Source: the human T2T-CHM13v2.0 reference genome, Homo sapiens
Reading direction: 5' to 3' (one strand)
Assembly (NCBI RefSeq): GCF_009914755.1
Contig: NC_060929.1
Length of the DNA: 64,000 nt
A model generated the notes under the pieces. That model made no database searches, had not been told where the DNA came from, and saw only the letters and a list, made by a program, of their open reading frames with translations. The translations under genes were made by a program, and so were the position numbers. Positions 28,981-47,199 of this stretch are shown in pieces. The first letter of the stretch is position 1; each line of letters opens with the position of its first letter.

Positions 28981-31660
28981 ATGGTATCTCACCTAACTAC
29001 CATCTATTCTAACTCTACTGTGCTGCACCTCACATCCCCAAACACCTCCCAGTCTGCCCACCCTTTCCTTTGCCTATGTAGCCCTCTTACTTGTCTTTCC
29101 AGAACTCACATCTTAGGTTAGCTCCACCTGGTAGCTCTCCCTGACCCAAACCTCACCCTTAGAAAAAGATATAGTACACACCCTAATCATATCATTAACA
29201 AACTACATTGTAATTCTGTGCTTACTTCCAACTCATTGGATTATGAGCTCCGAGATGGCAGAAACCATGTCTCATGCCTCTTTAAATCCCAATTTAAATC
29301 TTTAAATCCCAAGGATTTTCCTTGTAGTGGTGATGGATTTATTCTTTACCCAGTCTTCTTTATAACCAGTAGTACATAGCCAGGTTAGGAATAAAGTTTG
29401 TGACCATAAAAGAGGATGAACAACTACCCTCGCACAGCTCTCCTCAGGTCATTAATGGTATGTGCTAATTTCAGTACAACCCAGATAATACACAAGTATG
29501 AGGGTCATTATGAATTCATCTAATAAATTGACCACAGGAAGGTACCTAAGAGGTTTGCCTTACTTATTAAAAATACTTCTTTATTTACAACATAAGTAGT
29601 ATTAATCTCAGCAAGCAAAAACCATAAGAGGATTCATGAAGAGAAAGCTGATGAAAAAGAAGTTCAATCATGTTCCTAATGACATACACAGCTTCCTAAG
29701 AACACACCATTGAGTGGTAAGTCCCCTTCTAGATCCTAGGATTAGGGTTCACATTAAGTGAACCAAGTATTGACCAAAATTGAAGATTTTCCTTGTACTT
29801 CAGTTTCATCTTTAAATTCTCCTCTTCAGCAGAAAGATACTTGTAGAAAGAATTTCAAATAGGAGGTAAATAGACATACAACGCAAGCCTTGACTTGTTG
29901 CTGAGCACAGTAAAACAAGCTGCAGTCTCCCCCAGGGCTATTAAAACTAAATGCTTGAAAGTAGCACAATAAATGTACAATTTAATATAGTATAAATTTG
30001 CTTTATATTATAGAACTAGAACCTTGAAAATTCATTGCAATTAATAACCAATTTTTATGGAAAGTTAAAATTACATTTGTCTCTCCAATTTTAAATGCAA
30101 ATATTTCAAATAATGCTTGGAAACTGGCAAATGGGTCATTTATAAAGTTACTAGTTTTTAGCTGATGTGTCTGCTTCTTGATCAGTAGACTTGACTTCAG
30201 TGAAAAGCAGCTAATACACAATAATCTGTTAAAAGACCAATGGCCTACCTCTTTATAGCTGAATGAATGCTACAGAGAGCAGGTTATTTCCACTTGCTTT
30301 CATCTCCTTAGTGAATGCAGAATCTGAAATAGGTGTTTGAATACACAGGGTTTGGTTGACCAGGGCCACATTTTGAGGGCAGGGCTATCTGAATGAGAAT
30401 ATGATCATTCTATAGTTATAAGAAGTACAAACTATCTTATAAAAATATAATATTTCATATGGAATTGGACATCAGAAGAGACATTAATCATTACAGAGTA
30501 CTCAAAAGTCAAGTTTAGCATAAAAATTATTACTCTATATTTTCAGCTCTTGGCAATTTGAAGCCTTATTTTAAAGGATCTTTTAATGTTAAAGAGGTCT
30601 TTCCAGACCATACGTCTGAAAATGAAAATAAAATATCCAAACGTACTCTATCAGATTTTACTTTTTGGTAGACAGACATTGGAAATAAATTTATAAACAG
30701 AAAAATGTGCTAGCTATAATAAATAAAAAATTGGAAAAAGTAGTTCTTTCCATCTCTCTCTCTCTTTTTTTAAACAAAGGCTGCCTATAAACTCCACATC
30801 CTTCCCCAAATATACTTTGGCACTGCTAGGGAAAGCATTTCTGGTATGTAACAAATCACAACCAATTGTTCTGTTATGGAATAAAAAAAGTCAATATTTT
30901 GCTGTAATTGCTAAAAATTCTACAATAAAAGCAGCCTTTCACTACCCACAAGCTAATACTTTCTAGCAAAAAGAATTTGTTTATTATACTATTTGTTCCC
31001 TCTTAAGAGGGAACAAAAGCATCCTAAATTTGTTTCCCAAAATAAAAATAGAAAGATGGAGCTTCTTTGATATTAGCTCATGAACAAACTAAAACACAGA
31101 GGACAGAAATAAATCAATAAATCTATTCTATAAAAAATTTCTTAATAAAATATAAAATTCTGGTTATGCAAAGATGCTATCATTGGGGGAAGTTGGTAAA
31201 TGGTGCACAAGAATACTCTACTATTTTTGTAACTTTTAGTGAATCTAAAATTATTTCAAAACAAATGCTAAAAAAGCAGAGTTACCATTTCACCTATCCT
31301 GGCCTGTATCCTATATATGAAAGTACTGAGTGAGTAGAAAAGTCTTTTGCCATTCATCATTGCAAATGCCCACCTAGAACACTAAGGTTTAGAGTTTATA
31401 CATTTAGAATGCTATAGTCCACGTAGCCTCTGAATAGAGGAAGCAGTACCACAATGAATAACAGACATAACAATACTTTTAGTCACTTGCCAAAGAAAAG
31501 ACGCTTGCCAAAGAAAAGACTCTAACTGGAGTGAGCTCTGACAGAATTATTAGTCATCCTCAGAAATTCCATCAGCACAATCACTATGGATAATAAATAA
31601 TCATCTCAGGGTCAGTCGGAAGAAACATATAGAATCTCAGGAATAAAAAAATTGCATATT

Positions 31661-31943
<283 letters not shown>

Positions 31944-32044
31944 TTACCCATGGGGCAGATCTAAACCGCTATTGTTCACCCATATTCGTGCACTAGTATA
32001 TTCAGTGAAATTTTGAGCTATGTACAAAACTGAGCAAACACAAG

Positions 32045-32046
<2 letters not shown>

Positions 32047-32080
<34 letters not shown>

Positions 32081-32240
32081 ACATAAATATATTATATATA
32101 TTATATTTATGTTATATAATATATAAATATATTATATATATAACATAAATATAATATATATATTATATTTATATTATATAATATATTATATATATTTATA
32201 TATAATGTGTGTATATACATATATATATATATATACACAT
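32047..32240. repeat. (TA)n-rich microsatellite
   Basis: Seen directly. Confidence 0.92.
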
Positions 32241-32444
32241 AAAAATTATATCTGTTTGGGACAGAAAAAATAGTAAATGTGCTTATCCTAGGAGCTTTAA
32301 GTTCTTTTCTAACAAATCTGAAGGTGAGCTACAATTTTCTATTCTTCTTTTTCTATTCTTCTATTCTTCCCTGTTTACAAATGAAAGTAATTCACAGCTA
32401 CCCTGCACCCTGAGCTCTGTATATTTTCTTTTTTTTTTAAAAAA

Positions 32445-32880
32445 AAAGTCAGCGTCCCTATAGGAAACAGATGGCACACTGAAGGCAGAAGAGTTTGAGG
32501 ATGCTTTATTTATAACAAGATGTATACAATGTGTGGAAGGATGTGAGGGGAGAGGCAGTAAGTAGGTCACTTGAAGGCTCACAACGCCCAAGGATCTGTT
32601 AATACTCCTAAGCACAGTGGAAGGGGAGTGAGGTGACCGTAACCCAAGAGGAAACTCGTCATGTCAGATGGTCACCTTTGAAAGAGAGACAGCCACTGAA
32701 AGTAAACTCAGGAAAAATGCCCAGAAATATGAGCAAGGCTCCCACTGACCAAAAGCATCCAGAAGCTAGAGGCACCAGAGTCTGACTAGTCTATACCTAT
32801 CAAGTTTCTAGGGGCCAAAGCGGGGTGAAGCAGGTATGAATAAAAAGAGACAGATCTGGAGAGGTGACTCCAACCTAGCC
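32445..32880 (-). mobile_element. LTR33 ERVL LTR
   Basis: aggaaacagatggcacact...ccagaagctagaggc...gatctggagagg matches antisense LTR33. Confidence 0.65.
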
Positions 32881-33137
32881 AGTACACCTTTGACACCTTA
32901 TGAACAGTGTGCTAAACTCATTCTTGTTTTCATGGTAGCAGAAATGAAAATAATAATGTAAATCATCAAATATGAAAAAATACAGAATGTAATATCTACT
33001 ATAGACATTCAAAATACATTTGTAATCTCTGATACTTGTGTAAGATAACCTCCAAGTGTTAGTGTGATTTTGGGAAAACATTTTAACTTTAACCTAAATA
33101 AAGCCAATTAGTGAAGATATACCTGATTTTATAAATA

Positions 33138-34322
33138 CAGTTGTGCATTGCTTAATGACAGGGAAATGTTCTGAGAAATGCTTCATTAGGCAATTTCATC
33201 ACTGTACAAACATCATAGAGTGACTTCACAAACCTGGATGGTACAGCCTGCTACACACCTAGGCTATAAGGTGTGAACTATTGCTCCTAGGCTATAAACC
33301 TATACAGCATGTTACTGTACTGAATATTGTGGGCAACTATAACATTATGGTAAGTATTTGTGTATCAAAACATACCTAAATATAGAAAAAACACAGTGAA
33401 ACTATCTTTTAAAAGATAAAAAATGGTACACCTGTATAGGGCACTTACCATGAATGGAGCTTGCAGGACTGGAAGCTGGTCTGGGTGGGTCAGTGAATAA
33501 GTAAGTGGTGAGTGAATGGGAAGGCCTAGCACATTATTGTACACTACGGTAGACTTTATAAACACTGTACACTTTTCCTACATTAAATGTTATTTTAAAA
33601 ATGCTTTATTCAATAATAAATTAACCTCAGCTTACTGAAACTTTTTTACTTTATAAACTTTTTGATTTTTTTAACTTTTCGATTCTTTTGTAATAACAGC
33701 TTAAAACAAAAACACAATTGCAGAGCTACACAAAGTATTTTTTCTTCATATTATTATTCTATAAGCTTTTTTCTATTTTTAAAATAATTGTTTTTAATGT
33801 TTTAAACTTCATTTAAACTAAGACACAAACACACTGGCCTAGGCCTATGATATCAGTGTCTTCTGCCTCCACATTTTGTCCCACTGGAAGGTCTTCAGGG
33901 GGAATAACATACATGGAGCTGTTATCTCCTGTGGTAACAATGCCTTCTTCTGGAGCACTCCTGAAGGACCTGCCTGAAGCTGTTTTACAGATAACTTCTT
34001 TTTATAAGTAGAAGAAGTATACTCTAAAATAATGATTAAAAGCATAGTATAATAAATCAACCAGTAACATAGTCATTTATTGTCATTATCAAGAATTATG
34101 TACCGTACATAACTGTATGTGCTGGACTTTGATATACCTGGCTGTACAGATTTGTTTATATCAGCATCACTACAAACACAGAAGTAATGTGCTGCACTAT
34201 GACATGGCAACAGCTACATCATTGGGTGACAGAAATTTTTCAGATCCATTATAATTTTATGGAACCACCATAGTATATGTGGTTCACCACTGACAGAAAC
34301 ATCATTATGTGGTATGTGACTG
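33138..34322 (+). mobile_element. Tigger3b (MER7-type) non-autonomous TcMar DNA transposon
   Basis: Termini cagttgtgcattgcttaatga / tcattatgtggtatgtgactg; TA TSDs at 33136-33137 and 34323-34324; about 1.2 kb. Confidence 0.88.
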
Positions 34323-36719
34323 TACACATATGATTGGTTGCAAAAATTAATAAATGGTTTTAAATTATCTTGCTTTTTTATTATCTCAGCCACCAAACAC
34401 TGACATTACCATGAAGAATCAGTAGTTTCCTAATTATATCCTACATATTGTTTCAAAAAAACCATCCTTGTGTGTCATATTCTAAGAGGTAGGAGATAGA
34501 GAACCAGGCAAAGCGTTAAAGATGCAAGGGTGGGATTCCACATCATACATCATTCCTGTGGAGATACATCATGTTAATTAATATCGCTTTTTCCATTTAC
34601 AAAAACAAACCATGCCTCTCAGATAAAGACTTGAGAAGATATGATGATATTAATTTGCTATTTCTGTCTAGTAACTGGGGCCATAGTGAGATCCCACAAA
34701 TAGATTTACTCAGGACATACATCAATTAGTGTGGTCATTTTTTGAAAACACCAAGAGCTAAAAATAAATTCAAGTGCCTTCTTATTTTCTTTGAAACATT
34801 TTTCCTTTTCTCAAGATAAAATATTTGAAATAAATTAACAGAATCTAGTTTGTTGCCTAGTCCAGCATTGTCCCTCCAAAGGGAGGCTTAAAAAAATATA
34901 TGCTGAATGAATGACAGTGGTATTCCCCAATTCTGAGGACTTTTAACATTTACAGTGTGTGTCCTACAACCAAGGACTTAACAATTAACTGTGTGATAGG
35001 ATTAAAATACCATAGTTTTGTATCAGCTACTGTATTCTGCCATCCCAGGAATTTAACTTTCCTGTGTTTAAAAAATAGGAGGGTGGCGGGAAAAAGGGTC
35101 AAATGTCTGCTGAATACAGGAAATCCATAGCAGGCTGTAAACCAGAAAACATCAAAAGCTGCACCAGAAACTCTGGACAGATGAAAACTGTGAGACTCCA
35201 TTTCTTACTACTGTTTAATGAGAAAGGCAATAAATTCAACATGAAAACCACAACTTGTACTCTCTCGTCAGGATCTCCTCAAAAATATGTGCAGAAAAGA
35301 TGGTTAAAATGCTTCCAGGCTTGCCTGGGAAGAAAGAAAATATGTGTTTGGGTCATACTCAAATATAGCACCAGACATACTTGTTCCCAACACCTGGAGA
35401 TGTGACCATGAGGAAACTGTCACGGTGAGGGCATCTAATTGGCATCAAACTTCAAGAAGAACTAAGACACGAAAGGAAGTCTGAATATCCTGCCAAAATA
35501 CCATCGGGTGCAGAAGATTAGAGGTGGTCTGCTATGGTATGAAGTGACCTCAGGAGATTCTGGCTGATAGCAACTGATTCCCAGGGCTGAGAATTTCAGA
35601 GCCAATTAAACATTCATATGGTAGAAACCTTGGAGGTCTGACCATATCGAATATTTTCAAACTCCTAACCATATGGTGGGAAAGTCTGAGTGGAAATTAA
35701 AGAGGTGACATGACTGGACTCCCAGACAAATAAGACAAGTATGTGGCTGCCTATCAGATCAAAATGATTCCCCACATGGAAAGGATTCTCTAAGTGTGGC
35801 CAGACTTGTAAACTAGAGCCAACAATTCTCCAGTCTTACATTATAGTCAGACAAAAACAGTGTCCTAAGAAGAAAGAGCCAAAAATCTCGCTGCAACTTT
35901 TCCCCTGCCCTTGATTCTTCTTTGCTCACCAGGTGACTGGTTTTGTGTTGTGCGCCTCTCTGTGTGCTTAGTGCACAGCTGTGCATTGTATAAGAACATA
36001 TAAAAGGCTTGTGCTGGTGCCTATTAGCAGCAACTTTCCTGAGAGGGACAGGGTTAGGGAAGAAAATCAGTATGAGCTTACTTTTCTGTCTCCACATCTC
36101 AGTTATTATGAAGAGATAAAATTTGATGAAATGAGGATTAGGAGCAGTGATTTTAAAATGATATCAGAAAATTGCAGCTTGAGGGTGAAATGAGAGAAAT
36201 TCTATCCCTTTTGGCATAAAATGGCAAAACTGTGGATTGATTATATTTGTGTAAGTCCTTTTGTGCATCTGTTGGCAGGATGACTTCCTTCTTCCCATCA
36301 CCCACTTCCCTAAGTCATTTCCCTGACACTAGCACAAAAAATAGAGATGAAAGTTTAGGGAAAATTCTTTTACTATCTAGAGATAGCTCTGATCATAGAC
36401 ATGACTATGCTTTAATAAGAACAGTGAATCCTGAAGCAGACAGTAATGAAAACAATCCAGGATTCCAGCTTATAATTAAGCATGCTTAAGCTTTAGTGAT
36501 AATTACCATGGAGATTTTAATTCCCCTCAGCCAATTAGCTTAGTTAGTGAGTGCAAGCGAAACCGAGGTCATGGTTTTCTGTACTTTATAAACCAAATCT
36601 GGATTTGATTAATTCTGTGACTACAGGCTATACTAGCATTTTCTCAAATTGTACCAAAGACAATGGGCAAACCCACGTAGGTTAGAAAGAAAACAGTCTA
36701 AAATGCCCAAACTTATGGT

Positions 36720-36900
36720 CAGAAGCCTAGGTTGAGATATTGGTTTCCCCAGTGACTACTTATGCAGCCTTGGGACAACTCAATTTTTCTGAGGCTCTGT
36801 TGCTTCACCTGAGAAATGAATATTTAAAATATCTTGTCTTAAAGAACTGTTACAAAGATCAAGTGGGTCAATTATATGAAGACACCTCATAATGTATAGT
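36720..36900 (+). mobile_element. MIR SINE
   Basis: gccttgggacaactcaatttttctgaggctctgttgcttcacctgagaaatg. Confidence 0.65.
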
Positions 36901-36907
36901 CAACTAC

Positions 36908-37000
36908 CTCCCATCCAAGTACTAACCAGGCCCGACCCTGCTTAGCTTCCAAAATGAGACAACATCGAGCGTATTCAGGGTGGTAGGTATAGCCATAGAC
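36908..37000 (-). pseudogene. 5S rRNA pseudogene (RNA5SP-type), 3'-truncated
   Basis: Reverse complement gtctatggctatacc(tacc)accctgaa...ggaagctaagcagggtcgggcctggttagtacttggatgggag matches human 5S nt 1 to about 89. Confidence 0.95.
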
Positions 37001-37532
37001 ATTCCTCCAATAACTGGTATGAAAAAATAAATTGTTATTGAGGAATCAGCTGACTTAACATTATCTTAGAGTGAAAAGTAGCACATCTAAATTTGCATAA
37101 AAGACCACTCTAATTATGTAAATACTTGTTGAACTAAAGAAAGAAAGTGATATGTCAGTAATTTCAAATAAACGATTCCTTTGCAAGTCAATTTCCTAGC
37201 CCTGTGGTTTCCAACAGGTGTTTTCGTACAAGCCCAGGGATCTTTGAAGAAGCAGCAGCTCAGAGGAAAGAGAAAGACAAGTAAACAGAGCTCCAGAACT
37301 CTCACCCCTGACTTCAATCAGAGCACCTATTGGTATATACAAGATTTTCAAACTTGCAAACGTTTACCATAAATATTCAGCTCTCCAGATTGCTTTGTGT
37401 GTCCTAATACCCAGATCCTGCCTAGTGAATCTCTGCCGCATCCCAGCATTTCTTTGGCATACCTCTCTTAAAATTTAAGAGGAAATATTACTGATGGTAT
37501 AGTTCACCAAACATCTTAAATCTCAGACAGGT

Positions 37533-39624
<2,092 letters not shown>

Positions 39625-41799
39625 AAATCTCAGACAGGTCTAAATTTGGTCACCGGAGTGAAGAATAAATACTCTGATGTCTCTAAAGACTTTACTTGGG
39701 TTGCCAAATTCTCTCTGACAGGCTCTGGAAATACAAATGGAAGGGCTTTAAGTATTATTTCCTACTTTTCCCAGTACTTCTTTCTGTATGTGCATACAGA
39801 CAAGCGGGCCATCTCAGGAGGGTGACTGGAAAAGTAGCAGGAGCAGTGGACTGGGAGTCAGCTCTGGGACCAACTCATGACGTGACCTTTGACCGATCTC
39901 TAGACCTCTAGATTTAAAAAAAAAAAATTGACTGAGCATCTCCTCAGGCGTTTTTATGGCAGAAATTCTATAAGCTATGTATTAATGACTTTTATAATAA
40001 ATTAAATAAAACAAATAAATTTATTTAAGGAAATTACCCTGGCATAAGTCCCTAGCTGTTGCAAGGCTTAATTTTCTCCACTACACTGTGTAGGATATAA
40101 AATATGCTAAGGCTTCATGAGCAATATAGAAACACTCTGGTGACTGGCTCTAAGATTTATCATGATGGCTGCAGCTTGCTGTGCTGGAATAACTTTCCTT
40201 GGAATGGGAAATACAATAGCTTATCATTTTCTTATAGAGTTAAGAATGGTTTTGCTTTTTGAAGAAGAAACTGACTCCGTAAGAAAACTGTAGGATAGTG
40301 TCTTGTTAAACCACATTCTTCATGCCAATAATTGAAGTTATATGGATTCAAGAATATTGTTTCTCTTTAAACTGATGCACATGATTTCATTAAAAATAAA
40401 ATTTAGCATGGAAGATGTTTAAAAATACACAGATTTGCTTATTCTTCTCAAGAGCAATGAACTCAAACTCGACTCTATAATCATCATAAATAAAGATTCT
40501 GCTTTGCTATGTGCTTTATCTTGGCGCTAAGAAGAAAAACCTTCATCTATTTATATTCAGTCTGCTCCTATCTTTTTGTTTATTTAGACTTAGATACAAC
40601 AGTCCTTTACTTGCTTGTCACTACCATTGCTCACAACTTTTTCTAAAAGCCAAAATGCTGTCAGAAACCCAAACTTCATCCATTCATTAATCTTTCGGCG
40701 CCACAACCTGGGAGGTCAGTATCTGGTCACTGTCTTCAGTTTCATATGATATGCAATATTTATATCACGTGGATCTGATCTAAATAGCCTAGTCTTGGAA
40801 CTCAGTCTAAGAAGGTCATTTGGCTTACAAAATACTACTTGGCCTACATAATAAACACTGGTCCAGCACACAGGAACTACGCTGCCCTTTACTCATTCTT
40901 CCCAGTGCTCCAGACCTGACCATGGAAGAAAAAATAAGTAGCATTAGCTACCTATCTATATTTCAGGAAGTAACTTTTTATTCCAAAAGAACATTTCTCA
41001 TTGCCTGTCACTACTCCTTTGTATCTTGCATTCTTTTGCATCTTGAAGGTTTTGGATTCTTTAGGAATTCCCCTTAAAATTGAGATGTCAGAGACAAGGT
41101 GAAGTTAAGGAGGTTGGGGTTCGGGGGTAGGTGGATTATTGTAGCAACTCAAGAGTTGAAGAACTGAAGAATCTGAAAAATGAAAGAAAGGTATATGCTG
41201 AAGGAAGGTGTGAGAAATCACCAAAAATCAACATTGCTATCTCATAATTTTGCCAAAAACCAGCCTTCCTATTATTTATCCCTGCAAAAAAAAGTGAACC
41301 AGTTTGCTTTCAGCAAACACTAAATTTCTATGTTCAAAAAGTAAGCAAAACATCTCTAAATAATAAAAATTAGTGACATATCTTACTTTATTCTGCCGAC
41401 TTAGCAGTTTTCTGAGAAATCAATGAAAAGTCACTGTATTTGACCATCTTTGGAGTTTTCCTCTAAAGTGAGACAATTAATAATAAATAATAAAACGTGA
41501 ATGGTGGCAGCTTCTGATCGTTCTCTTCCCGACCCAGTTTATCAGGGTGTTTCATTCAACTCTCACAGCTAGTCCATTAACCTTGTGGCATTCAAAATGG
41601 TATTTGCAGATCACTGTATTTCCAGGTACTCAATTTCCATACATTCTTTTTATTAAAGCTGATCTGCCTGAGGATATGCCTGTGGTGCTCGTTTATAATC
41701 TCTTTCTCCCTCCCACAAAAGATAGGCAAACTTTTTACCCATCCAGAATCTTACCCTAGTTTGTGGCCCACAAATGTCAAAACTTCTGGGGCACCAAAC

Positions 41800-43135
<1,336 letters not shown>

Positions 43136-43469
43136 TCATATTCTCTAATGTTAGGGCAATTCTGTGGCATTTTCAGCAGCTTATAAGCAAATTTGCAAAA
43201 GACAATAAGGCTTGAAGGCTGAGACCCATTGGAACCATTTGTGCTTCCACTATTGATCTAAAATGCCAGCATAGTCTCAGAGGCCTCATCGGTATCTGAG
43301 AGACTGTATGTGAGTTCTGTTTCAAATGCTTAATCCATGTTTTCACTTTATTATCAAAGAATTAACAGTATTTCACCAAATCTTACATGAAGTTATTTCC
43401 TCTTTTAATTTGTATGCAATACCATCATCATTAACAGTGTGTCACAAAGAGACATGAGCACTTAGAGGA

Positions 43470-43660
43470 AACAGAACACTCTCCAGAGTCTCTACTCCCA
43501 GCTCAGCCACTTCTAGCTGAGTGAACTCAGATAACTCTGTTGAGCTCTGAAATCTGTCTTTCAATCTGTAAAAGAAAAGAAATTAATATCTGCCTTGCTA
43601 CTTCACTGGGTTTTTGTAATAAATGATGTTGTATTTCTTACTAAACTGTAAAGATCTATG
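43470..43660 (+). mobile_element. MIR SINE
   Basis: cccagctcagccacttctagctgagtgaactcag...atctgtaaaa. Confidence 0.7.
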
Positions 43661-44519
43661 TAAAACTTAAATACTATTTTTAGTGAAAAAGTGATTATTG
43701 GTTATCTACTCTCTAGCACTATGCTACACACTACTGGGAAATAAAAATACATATTCCCATTTTCATGCTTAAGAAGCTTCCAAACTACTTACAGAACGCA
43801 GAAGTGAGAAGGAGGATGGTGCAGTAAGAATAAAATCACATAAAATAGAAAGCAATACCGCTGGTCTGACATTTCTCTTGCCTATTCTTTTCTTCAACAA
43901 CAGATAACATTCTCTGGCTAACGGTGATTAAGCCCCAGGAAACATATCCAAGACACGTAAGAATACTTTTCAGCCTTCTAACACAAGTATGAACTGTAAG
44001 AAAAAGAGAGCTGCATGCTCTTTTACCATCTCAACTTCCCCCAAATTAAAGAGACTTGAATGTAAGGCAAAGTTTGTTTTTTTCAGCTTGTGCATATATT
44101 TGTATATTTATTTGAAAACTTTGGCCTTTTTACAAAGAGGGAAACTAAATGAAAATGAGGCATTGCCGACAGAGGCTATTCCCCTAAAATAATAAGTAAA
44201 ATCAGTCGAAATAAAATGTACTCTATTTACTCATTGAACACATCATTAATGAACAGCAGAGAACATGACAGAACAGATCTCTCCCTTCATGGAGCTTATG
44301 TTCCAATGAAATTAGAGAAACAATAAACAAGTAAACAAAAAAAAAATAAGGTATTTCCATTTAGAGATTAACATGGGGGTTAGTGACATACAAAGGTCTA
44401 GGGAAAGAGTCAAGAGATAGGAGAGAAAAAAGAAGTCCAAAATCTGCCAACCAAGAATATACTGAGGATGCCCAAATCACAGAGAGAAAGGCAGCATGGC
44501 TAAGCACCAGAACAGTGGG

Positions 44520-45171
44520 TGCTATAGTTTGAATGTGCCCCTCAAAAAGCATGTGTTGGAAACTTACTCTCCAATGCAGCTGTGTTGGGAAAGGGGGCCC
44601 AATGGGAAGGTCGTGAGGGCTCTGCCTTCATGAATGTTTTAATGCCAATTATAAAAGGGCTTGAGGATGTGGGTTTGATCTCCCACTGTCTCTCACTCAT
44701 GTGATGCCTTCTGCCATGTTATAACACAGCAAGAAGGCCCTCACTGGATGGCGGTGGCTCAAGCCTGTAATCCCAGCACTTCGGGAGGCGGAGATGGGCG
44801 GATCATGAGGTCAGGAGTTCAAGACCAGCCTGGCCAACATGGTGAAACCTCGTCTCTACTAAAAATACAAAAATTAGCAAGGCGTGGTGGTGCACACCTG
44901 TAATTCCAGCTACGCAGGAGACTGAGGCAGGAGAATTGCTTTAACCTGGGAAGTGGAGGTTGCAGTGAGCCGAGATCGCACCATTGCACTCTAGCCTGGG
45001 TGACAGAGCGAGACTCCATCTCAAAAAAAAAAAAGGAAAGCCCTCACTGGATGTGACCCTTCAATTCTGGTGTCCCTAGCCTCCAGAACTGTGAGCCAAA
45101 TAAATTTCTCTTCACTATGAATTACCTAGTCTGCGGTATTCTGTGATAGCAATATAAAACAAACTAAGACA
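44520..45171 (+). mobile_element. MST-type MaLR solo LTR interrupted by an Alu
   Basis: tgctatagtttgaatgtg...aactaagaca; 5-bp TSD GTGGG at 44515-44519 and 45172-45176. Confidence 0.88.
44751..45035 (+). mobile_element. AluSg-like
   Basis: ggatcatgaggtcaggagttc diagnostic; TSD gccctcactggatg on both sides. Confidence 0.93.
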
Positions 45172-47199
45172 GTGGGAGATAATATCACAGAACAGGCCCA
45201 AGCCAGATGAAGCAGACTTTTGTAGGTTGAGGTAAGGAGTTTGACTTTTATTCTAAATGTATTGGGAAGCCACTGGAAAGTTTTAATTAGTGGAGTAATA
45301 TTTGGCTGAGGTTTATAAAATATCATTCTGGCAGCTTTGTAAATATGGAAACTGTGTGGATATTCTGATTGATACATCCTAAATAAAGAACAGCCTCAAT
45401 AAAAGGGAAGTTCAAGGGGAGAGATGAGGGAGAGTGGAGCAAGAGACAAGATGCCAAGAGAACTGGCCCTGGGATAGGCTACAAAGTCAGTCTGTGGCAC
45501 AATGACAGAAGCAGTTTGTCCTTAGAAATGGATCTTCCTTTCTTTACTCCTTTCTTTCCCTTACCCCAGATTCCTTAGATACTCACTGCTGTCATCTGTC
45601 TTCTAGCTGCCCAAATGTTGACACTACGAATATTTAACGTGCCAAATTAATCAACAATTTCTTCCACAATGCTCATTTTAAGACAAAGTTTATTCCATCA
45701 ATGAAGTTCATTTCAGCTAGGTGTTAGAAGGGAAGTAATCTGATTCTGCTAACACTAAGAGGATAGTCTTCTACCAACTCCAGATATATATGCATTTTTT
45801 AAAACTTGTTAAAATACATGAATTGCACTTGCATTACAACTATGCAATAAATTTCAGACAATAGAGGAAAATGGTAGGAATAGGCAAGAGTGTGAGGAGG
45901 GATACTCTCCATGTATAATTCACCCTTGCATGTTACAGTATTAGAATAGTGCCTGGTATATAGACATTTATGAAAGAAAGAATTAATATATTTTATACAA
46001 TTGAGCACATTTCTGCCCTATTTGAAAAATAAGATCAGTTGTTCTCCTTATAATGTGATCTATCAATTCAGTATATTTCTTTACTTTGGCTCAGAAAACA
46101 GACAGCAGTAAAGTATAATTAAAGAATTAACCATTCTACCAAAAAAGCAAGCCATCAATGTCTGAGTATCTCACATAAGGACAAGTTCAACTAAGACTAT
46201 TCTGTCATTGATATCTGAGACTAGTGACTCAATAAATCCCAAGTTTAAAATGTGAAGCAAACTATAGTGCTACTACTTTTTAAGAGATAAAGACATAAAT
46301 AAGGAAAAGAAGTCAGATTGAAAAAAATATTTAATGATATCAGCACAATGGTCTCCAATGTGCAAGGCACTGTGGGGAGGGGAGGAGATACTCCAGATTC
46401 ATTTGGAGATTAACTGTATATTTAGACAGGCCTGATCATCTTGCAATGACCTATTCAGGCAGCACTTACATTCTGAGAGACACATGGATTCATATGACTA
46501 CTTATCAGCCAATTCCTTTCATAATTATAGACTCAGACCAGACGCTTGTTATTCCTACCAAGATACTTCAAGGTATCACATGGTGCAAATCAATAGGGGA
46601 CATTAGCTCATATTTGGAAGTGCTTCCAAATATAACCACTCTTCATTTTGCAGTATCATCTGGGAATAAGGCAAGCCACACACATAAATTTTTACATACC
46701 TGAACTTATGTTTAAATGCTGAAACGTGTTTTATTTATTTTCTAATATATTAAAACATTTGACTGCTCTCCAAAAGAGGATGTGGTCATGATTGAAGCTT
46801 TTCTTAATTCAAATCATAATTGTCAGTATTGTTAATTTGAGTGTAATTTCCTCAGTGATTAAGTATAAAGGGATGGTTTGCCCCATACTCATTACCTCCA
46901 AAGTATCTCTTTCCTCCATTTGACAATAGCTATAACGAGTAGACTATCCTTTTCCCACTATTCCCCACAGTGCCTTGCACACTGGAGACCACTGTGCTGA
47001 TTTAATTTCTTTTTTCAATCTGACTTCTTTTCCTTATTTATGTATGCATCTCTTAATTTGCTTCTTTTAATCACCAAGAAATCACCTTATTTATGTCTTT
47101 ATCTTTAATTTGCTTCTTTTAATCATCAGTAAAAGAATATCATATTGCCTCTGATATTTTTAAGAGAAAATTGTCATGAATTCATCCCAGTAAACACTG

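Noticed and set aside
35350-35780. Possible ancient RTE/L4-like LINE remnant
   Set aside because: Only a vague resemblance; I could not reconstruct a reading frame.
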